IMG/VR virus record: IMGVR_UViG_3300042268_000564
Direction: 5' to 3' (one strand)
Source: a virus
Lineage: Duplodnaviria > Caudoviricetes
Length of the DNA stretch: 64,000 bases
In this document: positions 37,601-46,108 of the stretch, in pieces
Numbering within the stretch: position 1 is the stretch's first letter
Layout of the letters: each line of letters opens with the position of its first letter
Position numbers and translations under genes: made by a program
Notes under the pieces: model-generated
Told to the model about the DNA's origin: nothing
Databases searched by the model: none
The model's input: only the letters and a program-made list of their open reading frames with translations

Positions 37601-38357
37601 CTTCCTGCTCCTCGTCTTCATCTTTTTTGTCAGAATTTATAACAATCTTTTTCGTTTCTGTTGTTACTGGCAATGATTCTTGAGCAACAAGTTGAAACTT
37701 CTGATTAAGAAATTCTACCATTTCGTGTGGATTGGCGTAAGTGCACCCACGACCTCTTGTCCCACTCAATATAGAGCTGTCCAGTTTTTCCACCCATTTC
37801 AACCAAGTAATATAAGGAATGGAAGCATACCTGCTAAAATCGTCATACAAAGCTTTGGCAGCTACAGACTCATTTTCATTGGTAGTAGTTTGTGGCATAT
37901 TTTCGGCTGGAACAAGCATTAGCTCTTTTTCTACTAATGCCCATACAAAACCCTTTCCTTTGAATTTGTCCACAAGCAATTCTTTTGTTAAATAGTCTCT
38001 GATAAGCCGTCCTTTTTTTCGGTAAGGAGCGAGAATTTCAGCAATGACTCTCGATGGACTTTTTACGCCATCTTCTTTGGCTTTCTGGATTATCCACGCA
38101 ACCGAGTCACCCGCTTTATACATCTTAATGTATTTTTGTTTTGCGGTGGCATTTTCAGGGAGCAATAGTTCGTTAGCCAGCTTCTTTTTCTTTTTGCGCT
38201 TATATTTAACTACCTTTTCGCTGTCGAGCCGTCCTTGGTCGATTAACCTGTTCTTTATGAAGTGAACATCATTTCTGCGCAAGCCCAAAGCTCTTGCGAT
38301 TTCTGCCTGACTCATGCCCTCCAACAACATCTTTAGTATTTCATCATCATGAGGCAT
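37575..38357 (-). CDS. HTH DNA-binding protein
   Basis: EGMSQAEIARALGL. Confidence 0.65.
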   Translation of the reverse strand: MPHDDEILKMLLEGMSQAEIARALGLRRNDVHFIKNRLIDQGRLDSEKVVKYKRKKKKKLANELLLPENATAKQKYIKMYKAGDSVAWIIQKAKEDGVKSPSRVIAEILAPYRKKGRLIRDYLTKELLVDKFKGKGFVWALVEKELMLVPAENMPQTTTNENESVAAKALYDDFSRYASIPYITWLKWVEKLDSSILSGTRGRGCTYANPHEMVEFLNQKFQLVAQESLPVTTETKKIVINSDKKDEDEEQEDAKIATNQ

Positions 38358-38456
38358 AAAATTCTCCTTTTTTCGGTTCTACTTATTATTATAACCAAAA
38401 AACAATATTGTCAAGCACTTTATTGACAATAGACTCATAAAAGATATAATAACACT

Positions 38457-39053
38457 ATGCGAATAACAATTATTTCAGATTGGCATGGTAATTTTGATTT
38501 AAAACCTATACGTGGCACAGACATTATTTGTGTCTGTGGCGACATGTTGCGCAATAATAAAGTTCATAAATACGAAAAATGGCTTGCATCGTTGCCAGCC
38601 AAATATGTTTTGGTAATTCCCGGCAATCATGATATCCCATTAAAAACAGAGTTCTGGCAGCCATCTGTTCGACCTGAGAAAGTAATCAATCCAATTGCCA
38701 CACCTTTTACCTATGAAGGAATTAAGTTTGGTGGGATTTGTTGGTCATCGGGGGATGTTGATTTATCATACATATGGGCTTTTACAACTTATAACATGGC
38801 TTTTCTTAAAGAGAAAATGAATAAAGTGCCTGCGTGCGACATATTATTAAGTCATTGTCCTCCATCATGTAGAGAAATGCTTATTGGCAACAATATTGAC
38901 ATCGGACATCCCAGCATGATTGATTGGGCAATAGACAATAATTGTAAGCATATTTTTTGTGGACATATTCACGAACACTCTGGCAAGCAAATAGAGGTTG
39001 CAGGGGTCAAAGTTCATAACGCTGCCTGCACGCTGATAACAGTCGAGATATAA
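38457..39053 (+). CDS. Calcineurin-like metallophosphoesterase
   Basis: SDWHG, CGD, GNHD, SHCPP, GHIH; promoter 38423-38450. Confidence 0.9.
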   Translation: MRITIISDWHGNFDLKPIRGTDIICVCGDMLRNNKVHKYEKWLASLPAKYVLVIPGNHDIPLKTEFWQPSVRPEKVINPIATPFTYEGIKFGGICWSSGDVDLSYIWAFTTYNMAFLKEKMNKVPACDILLSHCPPSCREMLIGNNIDIGHPSMIDWAIDNNCKHIFCGHIHEHSGKQIEVAGVKVHNAACTLITVEI

Positions 39054-39075
39054 AAACAGAGCCATTTCTGGCTCT
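39052..39075 (-). terminator. Intrinsic terminator
   Basis: cagagcca-tttc-tggctctg with a T-run on the minus strand. Confidence 0.65.
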
Positions 39076-39325
39076 GCCTTGTGTGCTAAATCCTCTGCAA
39101 AAATGCCTGCCGCCACCGTAACATATTATAATTAGGTTTGGCTAACCACTGAATCATATTAGTAATATGGTCAGCCCATATATGGCACAACGTCTAACTT
39201 GCCATACAGACGGCAACATGACAAGGTCATCACACCTGTCCTATAAAACCGACAAGACATAACGCTTCTTGTAACAGTTTAGCGCAAGCTTATGCGGTTT
39301 GACCTATAAGGGTTTTCTAAACTTA
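39076..39325 (-). ncRNA. Candidate structured ncRNA
   Basis: Non-coding gap with at least five nested helices ending at a terminator; strand inferred from the terminator. Confidence 0.35.
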
Positions 39326-39348
39326 ATGGTTTTTGTCCGTTGCATAGT

Positions 39349-39771
39349 TCAGAGAATTTCGCACACTTTTTTATCAATTGCAGTCATATTTGCATCCTGC
39401 ATCCGAGAACAAATACAAATTTTATCAACAAGGTCGCACAAAGCTTGATTGAATAATTGTTTTCCCACTTGGCGACTCGCCATAGAACCTGCCAACTTTA
39501 CAGCATTGGATGTTTGCAAGAAATACCAAAGCTCTTTTTTTGTTTCACGCCTCATTCTTTTACTATTAGCGAGCGATTTAAGATAGGAAAAGAATACTGC
39601 GCAAATGGCATTTCTTTTTTTAAGTTCAATTTTAATAAGGCTTGCTTTATGGAATCGTTTTAAATAATTTTGTGCAGGCGGAAGTGATGTGAGAATATGA
39701 GAAATCTTACGAGCTGCATTAAACATGATGGATGGCTTCAACTCTAAATACAGAGCTATAAGCCTTGCCAT
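39349..39771 (-). CDS. Hypothetical protein
   Basis: ORF in a minus-strand run. Confidence 0.55.
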   Translation of the reverse strand: MARLIALYLELKPSIMFNAARKISHILTSLPPAQNYLKRFHKASLIKIELKKRNAICAVFFSYLKSLANSKRMRRETKKELWYFLQTSNAVKLAGSMASRQVGKQLFNQALCDLVDKICICSRMQDANMTAIDKKVCEIL

Positions 39772-39776
39772 TTTAT

Positions 39777-39992
39777 TCAGCTTTTCTTCTTTAATGGTTT
39801 CATGTCGATTGTCTTCACCCATCGGCTTTCTCCTGATAATGTTTCAAGGTCTGCATAATACTCAGGTTCTACACCCATAGTAACGTAACACTGATTTCGT
39901 CCGTATTTAATAATTACAGCTTTTTGCCAAGAGCCGCTAACCTTAACTTTGACAAGGTCGCCGACTTTATAGCCAGTAAATACTTCTGTCAT
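39777..39992 (-). CDS. Small SH3/KOW-like hypothetical protein
   Basis: YKVGDLVKVK. Confidence 0.5.
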   Translation of the reverse strand: MTEVFTGYKVGDLVKVKVSGSWQKAVIIKYGRNQCYVTMGVEPEYYADLETLSGESRWVKTIDMKPLKKKS

Positions 39993-40312
39993 TTGTTTAA
40001 GCTCGCAATTAAGGTCTGGGAATCCTTGTCCTGACACATATTTTTTAAGACGTCGGCGTCTATTTTATCATCAATTGATATACCGCCAAATGGAACAAAA
40101 CTTGTTGGCATCACTTTTTCGTAACCTAATGCCAGTATTTCATTTACAGCCACATCAAAAGATTCTCTTAAAGATTTGTTTGTTCGTTTAAGTGCCGCCA
40201 AACAGGCGTTCTGGATGTCTACTTTATATTCTGTGCTATCTTTTGTAGGATGGCGCAAGAGAATTGAGTCATCACTGCCGTAGCTCCAGTATCCGAATCG
40301 GTAGATATTCAT
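39989..40312 (-). CDS. Hypothetical protein
   Basis: Promoter and GAGG RBS upstream. Confidence 0.65.
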   Translation of the reverse strand: MNIYRFGYWSYGSDDSILLRHPTKDSTEYKVDIQNACLAALKRTNKSLRESFDVAVNEILALGYEKVMPTSFVPFGGISIDDKIDADVLKNMCQDKDSQTLIASLNK

Positions 40313-40407
40313 TTGGCTTCCTCGATATTTAATTTGATACTTCTATTATATCGCTTTTCTGGTAATGTCAAGAAAGTATTTAAAAAGTTCAAGGGAGGGT
40401 TGCAAAT

Positions 40408-40692
40408 ATGGTTTTTCATTTCAAAGATAAAAGCAGCACTGTTAAGCACCTCAGCTTTATACTTGAGGCAAAATCAATTAACACAGAAACTCTTATGTTG
40501 AAGGAAACATATGGTGGGGGAACCATAATGCAAGACCTTCTGTTTTACGATGAACCAAAAAAGCTCACATCTGACTTGAAAAAATTGTTCAAAGAACTTA
40601 AGTCATACGCAGAGCACATGAATAATATGCAAAGAGCTGTTGGCTATCAACACGAAGAGGACGACGGTGAAGAAGGATTAATGGAAGAGTAG
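40408..40692 (+). CDS. Hypothetical protein
   Basis: GGAGG RBS. Confidence 0.65.
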   Translation: MVFHFKDKSSTVKHLSFILEAKSINTETLMLKETYGGGTIMQDLLFYDEPKKLTSDLKKLFKELKSYAEHMNNMQRAVGYQHEEDDGEEGLMEE

Positions 40693-40706
40693 TAGTCGGG
40701 CAGACG

Positions 40707-40739
40707 AAAAAGAGGCTGAATTTTCAGCCTCTTTTTTTT
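40707..40739. terminator. Bidirectional terminator
   Basis: aaaaagaggctgaa-tt-ttcagcctctttttt. Confidence 0.8.
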
Positions 40740-40745
40740 ATTACT

Positions 40746-41030
40746 TTATGCGCTATAGCTATCATAGCTTCTGATTTTACTGCGCTTGTCGGTCGATTTG
40801 CAAGTTATCATTTCTCTAATGTGCGCTGCGTCGTATCCCTGCGCTATCATAGCTTCAAAGAATTTTGCTGCATCACTATCTTCTTCAAGATACGCATTTT
40901 CACCAAGCTGATAGGAGCAGGTCGAAATTTTGTCAGCGATTCCAAGAGCAACAAGGTCTTTCTTGGGCACTTTCAACCAGCCATGTCCGGGGTCTGCGAA
41001 AAAGCTCATTTTCTTAAGATTTACTTTCAT
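40746..41030 (-). CDS. Conserved small phage/plasmid hypothetical protein
   Basis: DPGHGWLKV...YLEED; promoter 41064-41091 and AAGGAGCCGAG leader. Confidence 0.75.
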   Translation of the reverse strand: MKVNLKKMSFFADPGHGWLKVPKKDLVALGIADKISTCSYQLGENAYLEEDSDAAKFFEAMIAQGYDAAHIREMITCKSTDKRSKIRSYDSYSA

Positions 41031-41108
41031 ATCTCGGCTCCTTTATTTTTTCTTTACATCTCTATTATAGTCAAACATAAAAAAATGTCAAGTGGCAGAG
41101 CAAAAAAA

Positions 41109-41471
41109 TTATAATAAATCCAATTCAGGACAATTTTCTCTTTTTACTGGACGTAAAAAAGCTATCGCAGCTTGGAGATGTTCAACAAAATGTTCGTCAG
41201 GCTCTTTATAAGTTCCTTTAAAGCTTGAATCTTGGGTTATAGTAAGTGTTATTTGAGATTCGTCAATAAAAACTGTAGCTATCTGACATTTAACAATGTA
41301 ATCATCGTGACAGTTACTATTCAAGGTTTGGAATACAGCTATAATGTCGAGAAAAGCTTCATGGGCGTCAATATGCCCCTCTACATTAAAAACATTGGTA
41401 TCAAGTGCCAATTCATCAATGGCAGAAATGGTAGCTTTTAAAAGTTTTTCATAATTTGAATTAGTATTCAT
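41109..41471 (-). CDS. Hypothetical protein
   Basis: Start trimmed to the ATG at 41471. Confidence 0.5.
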   Translation of the reverse strand: MNTNSNYEKLLKATISAIDELALDTNVFNVEGHIDAHEAFLDIIAVFQTLNSNCHDDYIVKCQIATVFIDESQITLTITQDSSFKGTYKEPDEHFVEHLQAAIAFLRPVKRENCPELDLL

Positions 41472-41549
41472 TTTGTCTATTATTGTAAAATGTAAATAAA
41501 TAATGTCAATTAAAATATTAAACAGTTTAAGTAAAAAAAGGATGTAAAC

Positions 41550-43097
41550 ATGAAAGGGTTGACTGGCAATCAAAAAACTGATGGAAATAATTCTATAAAA
41601 ACTCGTACGAAAGATAAAACTGCAACTCAACAGAATGTTGCATCTTTAAAAGTTGCCGACAATAAAATTACTATTAATTTAAAAGATAATGGGAGAGATT
41701 TGTTTCGCCCAAACATGTCAATAAAAGAGGCTAGAAAAGCCGTTGGGAGGGCTATTAAACAGTCACAAGATAAACCTGAACTTGTTGCACAATTAAGACG
41801 AGTAGCTGGTCGACTCAGCGAAAAAGGACTTTTTACTGAACAATATAAGGCTGATATTGAAAAATGGGCTGGTGGTGATAAAAAGTTAGCGTCTAAACTC
41901 CGAGATGAACTATTAAGAAATTTCGTTGACGCACAAAGGGCTGAAAAAATAGCAACTAGTTTAAACGATGCAGGAATCAAGCCTGTATATATATCCACTA
42001 ATACGTCCCCGATTACTGGCGGTGGTCGTCATATAATTGGGAAAGAAGTGAAAAATGTAGAAGACCTTGCAGCTCTGGGCATGATTTTACAAAATTCAGA
42101 ATATGAAACTTTTAGAGTTGTTTATGTTAAGGATGGCAAGGTTGCGGGTGTAGATTCCAATTCAAGCAAGTTAACTGCACAGGCAGGTATTGTAACTGGA
42201 AATCAAAAGTCTGAGAGAGAACTTCTTAAAACATATATGGCAATGAAAAAAAATCAAAACATCGCTACAGAAACTCAATATGAAAATAAAAAAAATGAGA
42301 TTAAAGAGAAAGATAAAAATACTGATTTTGTACAAATTGCAGCAGATAAAATGAACAAAAAAGCAAAAAGAATTGGCGCAGATGCAATTTATTTAATGCA
42401 CAATCATCCAACAGGGCAAGTAAACCCATCTGGTGCTGACGTGAACCTAACAGCAAAACTCTCGCAAAAAGTTTCTTTAATTAAAGGCCATGTGATAATT
42501 GGTGAAGATGGGGATTACGGGCATTTAAAATATAATAATGGCGGGTCAGTAAGTGCAGACAAAGGGTCTGTAGGTGACGTGTTCGCCATGAAAGAAGGCG
42601 AAAAAACACCTGTGTCAACTGCCGAAACTCGCAGGCTCGTGGATGGAGAATTAGGGAAAAGTTTGAGTAACCAATCGGCAACATTGCTGCTCGGCGAAAA
42701 ATCAGGGCCTTGGGCTTTAAAAGAATTTGCAGAAAAAATAAATTACAGACAGGATGAAACTGTTAATATTATCGTTGATGGACAAGGCAAAATTAAAGCC
42801 GCATATTCTATTCCACAGGCATTGATGGAAAGCAAAGATTTTTCCAAAGTGGAAAAGGCTTTTAAAGACATGGCGGCAGTTCATCAAGGTTATATCGGAT
42901 TTGTATTAACTAATAGCGACAAAGTCGGTGTGCCACCAAATCTTGAAAAATTGAATAATGCTGGACATGTTTTAGATGGTGTAATAAGACGAGAAGATGG
43001 CTTTATGATTGCAATGTCGTTTTACAACGATGTAGGTGAAGCGTTACGCATCAAAAGTTTAAAAGCTAATGCAAAAAAAATTGTAAAAGTAGATTAA
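41550..43097 (+). CDS. RadC-like JAB domain-containing protein
   Basis: E.FRVVY...MHNHPTG...PSGAD...GHVIIG. Confidence 0.75.
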   Translation: MKGLTGNQKTDGNNSIKTRTKDKTATQQNVASLKVADNKITINLKDNGRDLFRPNMSIKEARKAVGRAIKQSQDKPELVAQLRRVAGRLSEKGLFTEQYKADIEKWAGGDKKLASKLRDELLRNFVDAQRAEKIATSLNDAGIKPVYISTNTSPITGGGRHIIGKEVKNVEDLAALGMILQNSEYETFRVVYVKDGKVAGVDSNSSKLTAQAGIVTGNQKSERELLKTYMAMKKNQNIATETQYENKKNEIKEKDKNTDFVQIAADKMNKKAKRIGADAIYLMHNHPTGQVNPSGADVNLTAKLSQKVSLIKGHVIIGEDGDYGHLKYNNGGSVSADKGSVGDVFAMKEGEKTPVSTAETRRLVDGELGKSLSNQSATLLLGEKSGPWALKEFAEKINYRQDETVNIIVDGQGKIKAAYSIPQALMESKDFSKVEKAFKDMAAVHQGYIGFVLTNSDKVGVPPNLEKLNNAGHVLDGVIRREDGFMIAMSFYNDVGEALRIKSLKANAKKIVKVD

Positions 43098-43327
43098 GAA
43101 AGCAACCTTTCCAATTCTTTAAAGGCATCTTGATAATCACTTTCTTCAGAAGAGAACGATTCTCTTTCAACTGGATAACTACCACTTTGTATGATGTAGC
43201 CCTCCTGCTGTAGAGTATTGAGAATGTTCCTTATTACGTCTGAAACATTTTTGTTTGCTTTTTCCAACAATTTATTGTATTTATTTGTGCTCTCCGCTGA
43301 GAGCGATTTACTTGCGATTGTATACAT
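43094..43327 (-). CDS. Small hypothetical protein
   Basis: AAGGAG RBS and promoter upstream. Confidence 0.6.
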   Translation of the reverse strand: MYTIASKSLSAESTNKYNKLLEKANKNVSDVIRNILNTLQQEGYIIQSGSYPVERESFSSEESDYQDAFKELERLLS

Positions 43328-43378
43328 ACTTTGTTTCTCCTTATTTTTATTATATAAACATGTCTCGACTTGTCAAAT

Positions 43379-43410
43379 AAAAAACGGCTACAACGGAATT
43401 GCTGTAGCCG
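43379..43410 (-). terminator. Terminator of the tRNA cluster
   Basis: CGGCTACAGC...GTTGTAGCCG followed by a T-run. Confidence 0.7.
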
Positions 43411-43453
43411 CACCGACCCAGTAGATTTGTGGCGGTTTCAGAACCACAAACAT

Positions 43454-43525
43454 AGCCAACAGTGAGATTTGAACTCACGACCTGTGCGTTACGAGGGCAC
43501 TGCTCTACCACTGAGCCATGTTGGC
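43454..43525 (-). tRNA. tRNA-Thr(CGU)
   Basis: Cloverleaf; loop CT-CGT-AA; one C.C mismatch in the anticodon stem. Confidence 0.85.
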
Positions 43526-43532
43526 GTATCAA

Positions 43533-43605
43533 AGCGGGAAACGAGGCTCGAACTCGCGACATTCACCTTGGGAAGGTGACGCTCTACCAACTGAGCTATT
43601 CCCGC
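43533..43605 (-). tRNA. tRNA-Gly(CCC)
   Basis: GCGGGAA acceptor; TCACC-TTCCCAA-GGTGA; U discriminator. Confidence 0.93.
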
Positions 43606-43611
43606 AATAGA

Positions 43612-43676
43612 ACAGGCTGTTTTTACGTATAAGAGTATGAATCTTACTTGTTTTTGTTTTGCTGTAAACAGCCTTT
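43612..43676 (-). ncRNA. CAGCAA-module RNA, type A1: encloses a lone anticodon stem-loop (CAU)
   Basis: AAAGGCTG-TTTACAGCAA...TAAGA-TTCATAC-TCTTA...CAGCCTG. Confidence 0.75.
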
Positions 43677-43683
43677 ATTACGG

Positions 43684-43756
43684 CAGATGTGAAAGGGCTT
43701 GAACCTTTAACTTCTGGTTTTGGAGACCAGCACTCTTCCAATTGAGCTACACATCT
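43684..43756 (-). tRNA. tRNA-Trp(CCA)
   Basis: CTGGT-CTCCAAA-ACCAG; G discriminator. Confidence 0.92.
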
Positions 43757-43797
43757 ATTTATATCTATTATTTTATCTTTATGACGAAAATTGTCAA

Positions 43798-44103
43798 TTA
43801 ATTTTTAGAAAAAGTTCCAGAGGCATTTATATCACTTTCAGCTTGAACAGTTGTTGATGCTGGCGGGTCGGACAAATCAAGAATCGGTCGGATTGTTGCT
43901 CTTCCTTTAAAAGTCCGTCTAAAATCCTCGCCGGATAATTGATAAGACCATTCCCCCGTGCAATTGTCTCTTGATATAGAATAGCCACGAAACACCTTAA
44001 CTTGTCCATCTATGTGATACATGGTAAGCTCATGTTTTTGCTCTCTGCATCCACAATTGATTGTCATTAATAGGACAGCAGCAATAATTAAAGCATGTCG
44101 CAT
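43798..44103 (-). CDS. Small secreted or lipoprotein-like protein
   Basis: Hydrophobic N-terminus followed by NCGC. Confidence 0.55.
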   Translation of the reverse strand: MRHALIIAAVLLMTINCGCREQKHELTMYHIDGQVKVFRGYSISRDNCTGEWSYQLSGEDFRRTFKGRATIRPILDLSDPPASTTVQAESDINASGTFSKN

Positions 44104-44792
44104 ACTTTATTTGCCTCCACTTCATTTACCTTGTTAGGGTTTTCTCTAATAAATGGCGTGTCATCCACTTCGTCTGTAAAACCATATTTCTCATTTTTAA
44201 GCTCTCTCGCTGCTTGAAGCAAAACATTCTCAAAATATACTAATTCAGTAAGAGTTGCCGATGAATGATACCGACTTAACCCCTCTTTCACGTCTTTAAT
44301 GAATTTGTATATTAAGTCTGCGGTTTCGTTCTGGAAATCCTCATTTAATTGCATTGAAAGCATAAATTTGTTCATGCCACCTGCCAAAGCGCAAGATGTT
44401 GACCGCCATTTCTGTATATCAATTTGAATCAGCAGGTAATGGCATAAAAGAGTATTCGCCATAATAAACATTTTGTCGAATATCGCTATTTTTGAACTAT
44501 CACCAGCCCACGAATCAACAGCTTGAGCTTCTTCCATAATAGAACGAAACATAAACCTATAAGCAGCAATAAACTCGCCTAGCATTGTTGGTTTACCTTC
44601 GTCTTGGAGTAACAAAGTTGTGCCTGATTCTCTATGTAAGAGGTGGGCAGTCTCGCAACGATTACATTTTTTTATGATTAGCTGGTCACGCTCTTTATAG
44701 TTGCATAAGGACAGAAGGTTTATTTGTTGGGTATCATACTTGTGTCCAAAGGTGGCACACATTGTCTTTTTGATTGAATCAAATATGCTCAT
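44088..44792 (-). CDS. Hypothetical protein
   Basis: Translationally coupled ORF; N-terminal C..FGH...CNRC. Confidence 0.65.
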   Translation of the reverse strand: MSIFDSIKKTMCATFGHKYDTQQINLLSLCNYKERDQLIIKKCNRCETAHLLHRESGTTLLLQDEGKPTMLGEFIAAYRFMFRSIMEEAQAVDSWAGDSSKIAIFDKMFIMANTLLCHYLLIQIDIQKWRSTSCALAGGMNKFMLSMQLNEDFQNETADLIYKFIKDVKEGLSRYHSSATLTELVYFENVLLQAARELKNEKYGFTDEVDDTPFIRENPNKVNEVEANKVCDML

Positions 44793-45700
44793 TCAAACAT
44801 GTCCATTTCTGTAGTCGGCTTTTTATAGGATATCATCTTTCGTTCAGTTAACTTGTCTGAATCCTGTAAGCAGCCCAACAACATTGTCGAATTCCATTGA
44901 TGTTTTTGTAATTGTAAATCAGCTCTTTGTGCATAACAATAAACACAGCCATGCTTGCAAGAACTGTAAGCCCCAATATCAACTGATGTGACACAGCCAC
45001 ATTCCTGCCTCTGTCCTTTATCTTTGTTCAAAGTTAATGGTTGCCCTATAACCTTGGATATTAGTTCGTTGTCGATACATTTCCCGTGTTTTATCCCAAA
45101 TCGTGACAAATCCATTGTTTCGCTACAAGTTTCCAATTCAATCTCATAAGTCTCAGCAATTTTCGCAAAAGCTCCGCAGAGCATTTCTATTTGGTTCAAA
45201 GTTGGTGGCACAACATCTTGTATCTTCTTGTATTCGTCATAAAAGCTTATCACGCACTTTTGGGTTGCACCTGCCATTGATTTTGCAAGAAGCTCAAACT
45301 CGAAAATATGCTCCTTGACAGTATAAACACTTGTCAATAATATTGGGTCATAACGCCATATAATTTTGTCGCTGCCAATCTTAGTTGCCAATTCATGAGC
45401 GGCACAAACTGTGTAAATCATATCTGGAACATTTTTTTCAAGCTTGTAAGAATAAGGCGTTATTGTGAGTTGAAAATAATAATTGTAGTCCTTTAACAGG
45501 TCTAACTTGTTTTTCATGGGTTCCGGATTTTTTGTCCAGAAAACAATGCAGTCTACTACATCAGGTGTTAATTTGACTCTGGACACTTGCTTCGGCGACA
45601 TGGGATTTCTTACGTCACAAAAACCAGCTTTTAATCTGTTAAAGAACCAATCAGAATAAAAAGCAGGGATGTCGGTACGTCGACTCGCACTTATAATCAT
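44789..45700 (-). CDS. DUF1848 family protein (radical-SAM/SPL-related, Fe-S)
   Basis: MIISASRRTDIPAFY, VFWTKNP, IWRYDP, CGC...DIGAY..CKHGCVYCYA. Confidence 0.88.
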   Translation of the reverse strand: MIISASRRTDIPAFYSDWFFNRLKAGFCDVRNPMSPKQVSRVKLTPDVVDCIVFWTKNPEPMKNKLDLLKDYNYYFQLTITPYSYKLEKNVPDMIYTVCAAHELATKIGSDKIIWRYDPILLTSVYTVKEHIFEFELLAKSMAGATQKCVISFYDEYKKIQDVVPPTLNQIEMLCGAFAKIAETYEIELETCSETMDLSRFGIKHGKCIDNELISKVIGQPLTLNKDKGQRQECGCVTSVDIGAYSSCKHGCVYCYAQRADLQLQKHQWNSTMLLGCLQDSDKLTERKMISYKKPTTEMDMFE

Positions 45701-45709
45701 GTTACATCC

Positions 45710-46009
45710 TCATTCAGGCATATCTTGTTCTTGCAAGAATACAACAGCCTCTCTCATGAATTTTACGCCAACTATTCCAGCGCAGTTAGGATTATTATAT
45801 TCCTTTGTGAGCCGATAAAATTCTTTTCCTGCTTCAATCCTTAATCGTGTTCTTTCAGCGTCCCAGTCGAGAACCAACTTTGAAGCATCTTCTTTTCTCA
45901 TGTTTGTGTCTAATATCCGAGTGCAAATTGTATCCAATTTTGTTTCATGGTTAGCACAGACATCAAGTAACTCAGAAAGCTTCTTCGTATCTTTTTTCAT
46001 GGCTGGCAT
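45710..46009 (-). CDS. Hypothetical protein
   Basis: Promoter 46035-46062 (TTGACA-N16-TATAAT). Confidence 0.65.
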   Translation of the reverse strand: MPAMKKDTKKLSELLDVCANHETKLDTICTRILDTNMRKEDASKLVLDWDAERTRLRIEAGKEFYRLTKEYNNPNCAGIVGVKFMREAVVFLQEQDMPE

Positions 46010-46065
46010 TTCCCTCGCTTGTTAAGCTGCTATTATTATAACGACGACGCTGGCATTGTCAAGCA

Positions 46066-46093
46066 AAAAGCCCCTGAGAAATCAGGGGCTTTT
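46066..46093 (-). terminator. Intrinsic terminator
   Basis: aaaagcccctga-gaaa-tcaggggctttt. Confidence 0.8.
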
Positions 46094-46108
46094 CCAAAGG
46101 ATAAAGCT

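Noticed and set aside
43385-43452. TACAGCAA in the terminator hairpin as a seventh module copy
   Set aside because: Lacks the AGG/CCTG helix and a canonical anticodon arm; adequately explained as a terminator.
43350-43741. ORFs across the first tRNA cluster
   Set aside because: They are translations of tRNA genes.
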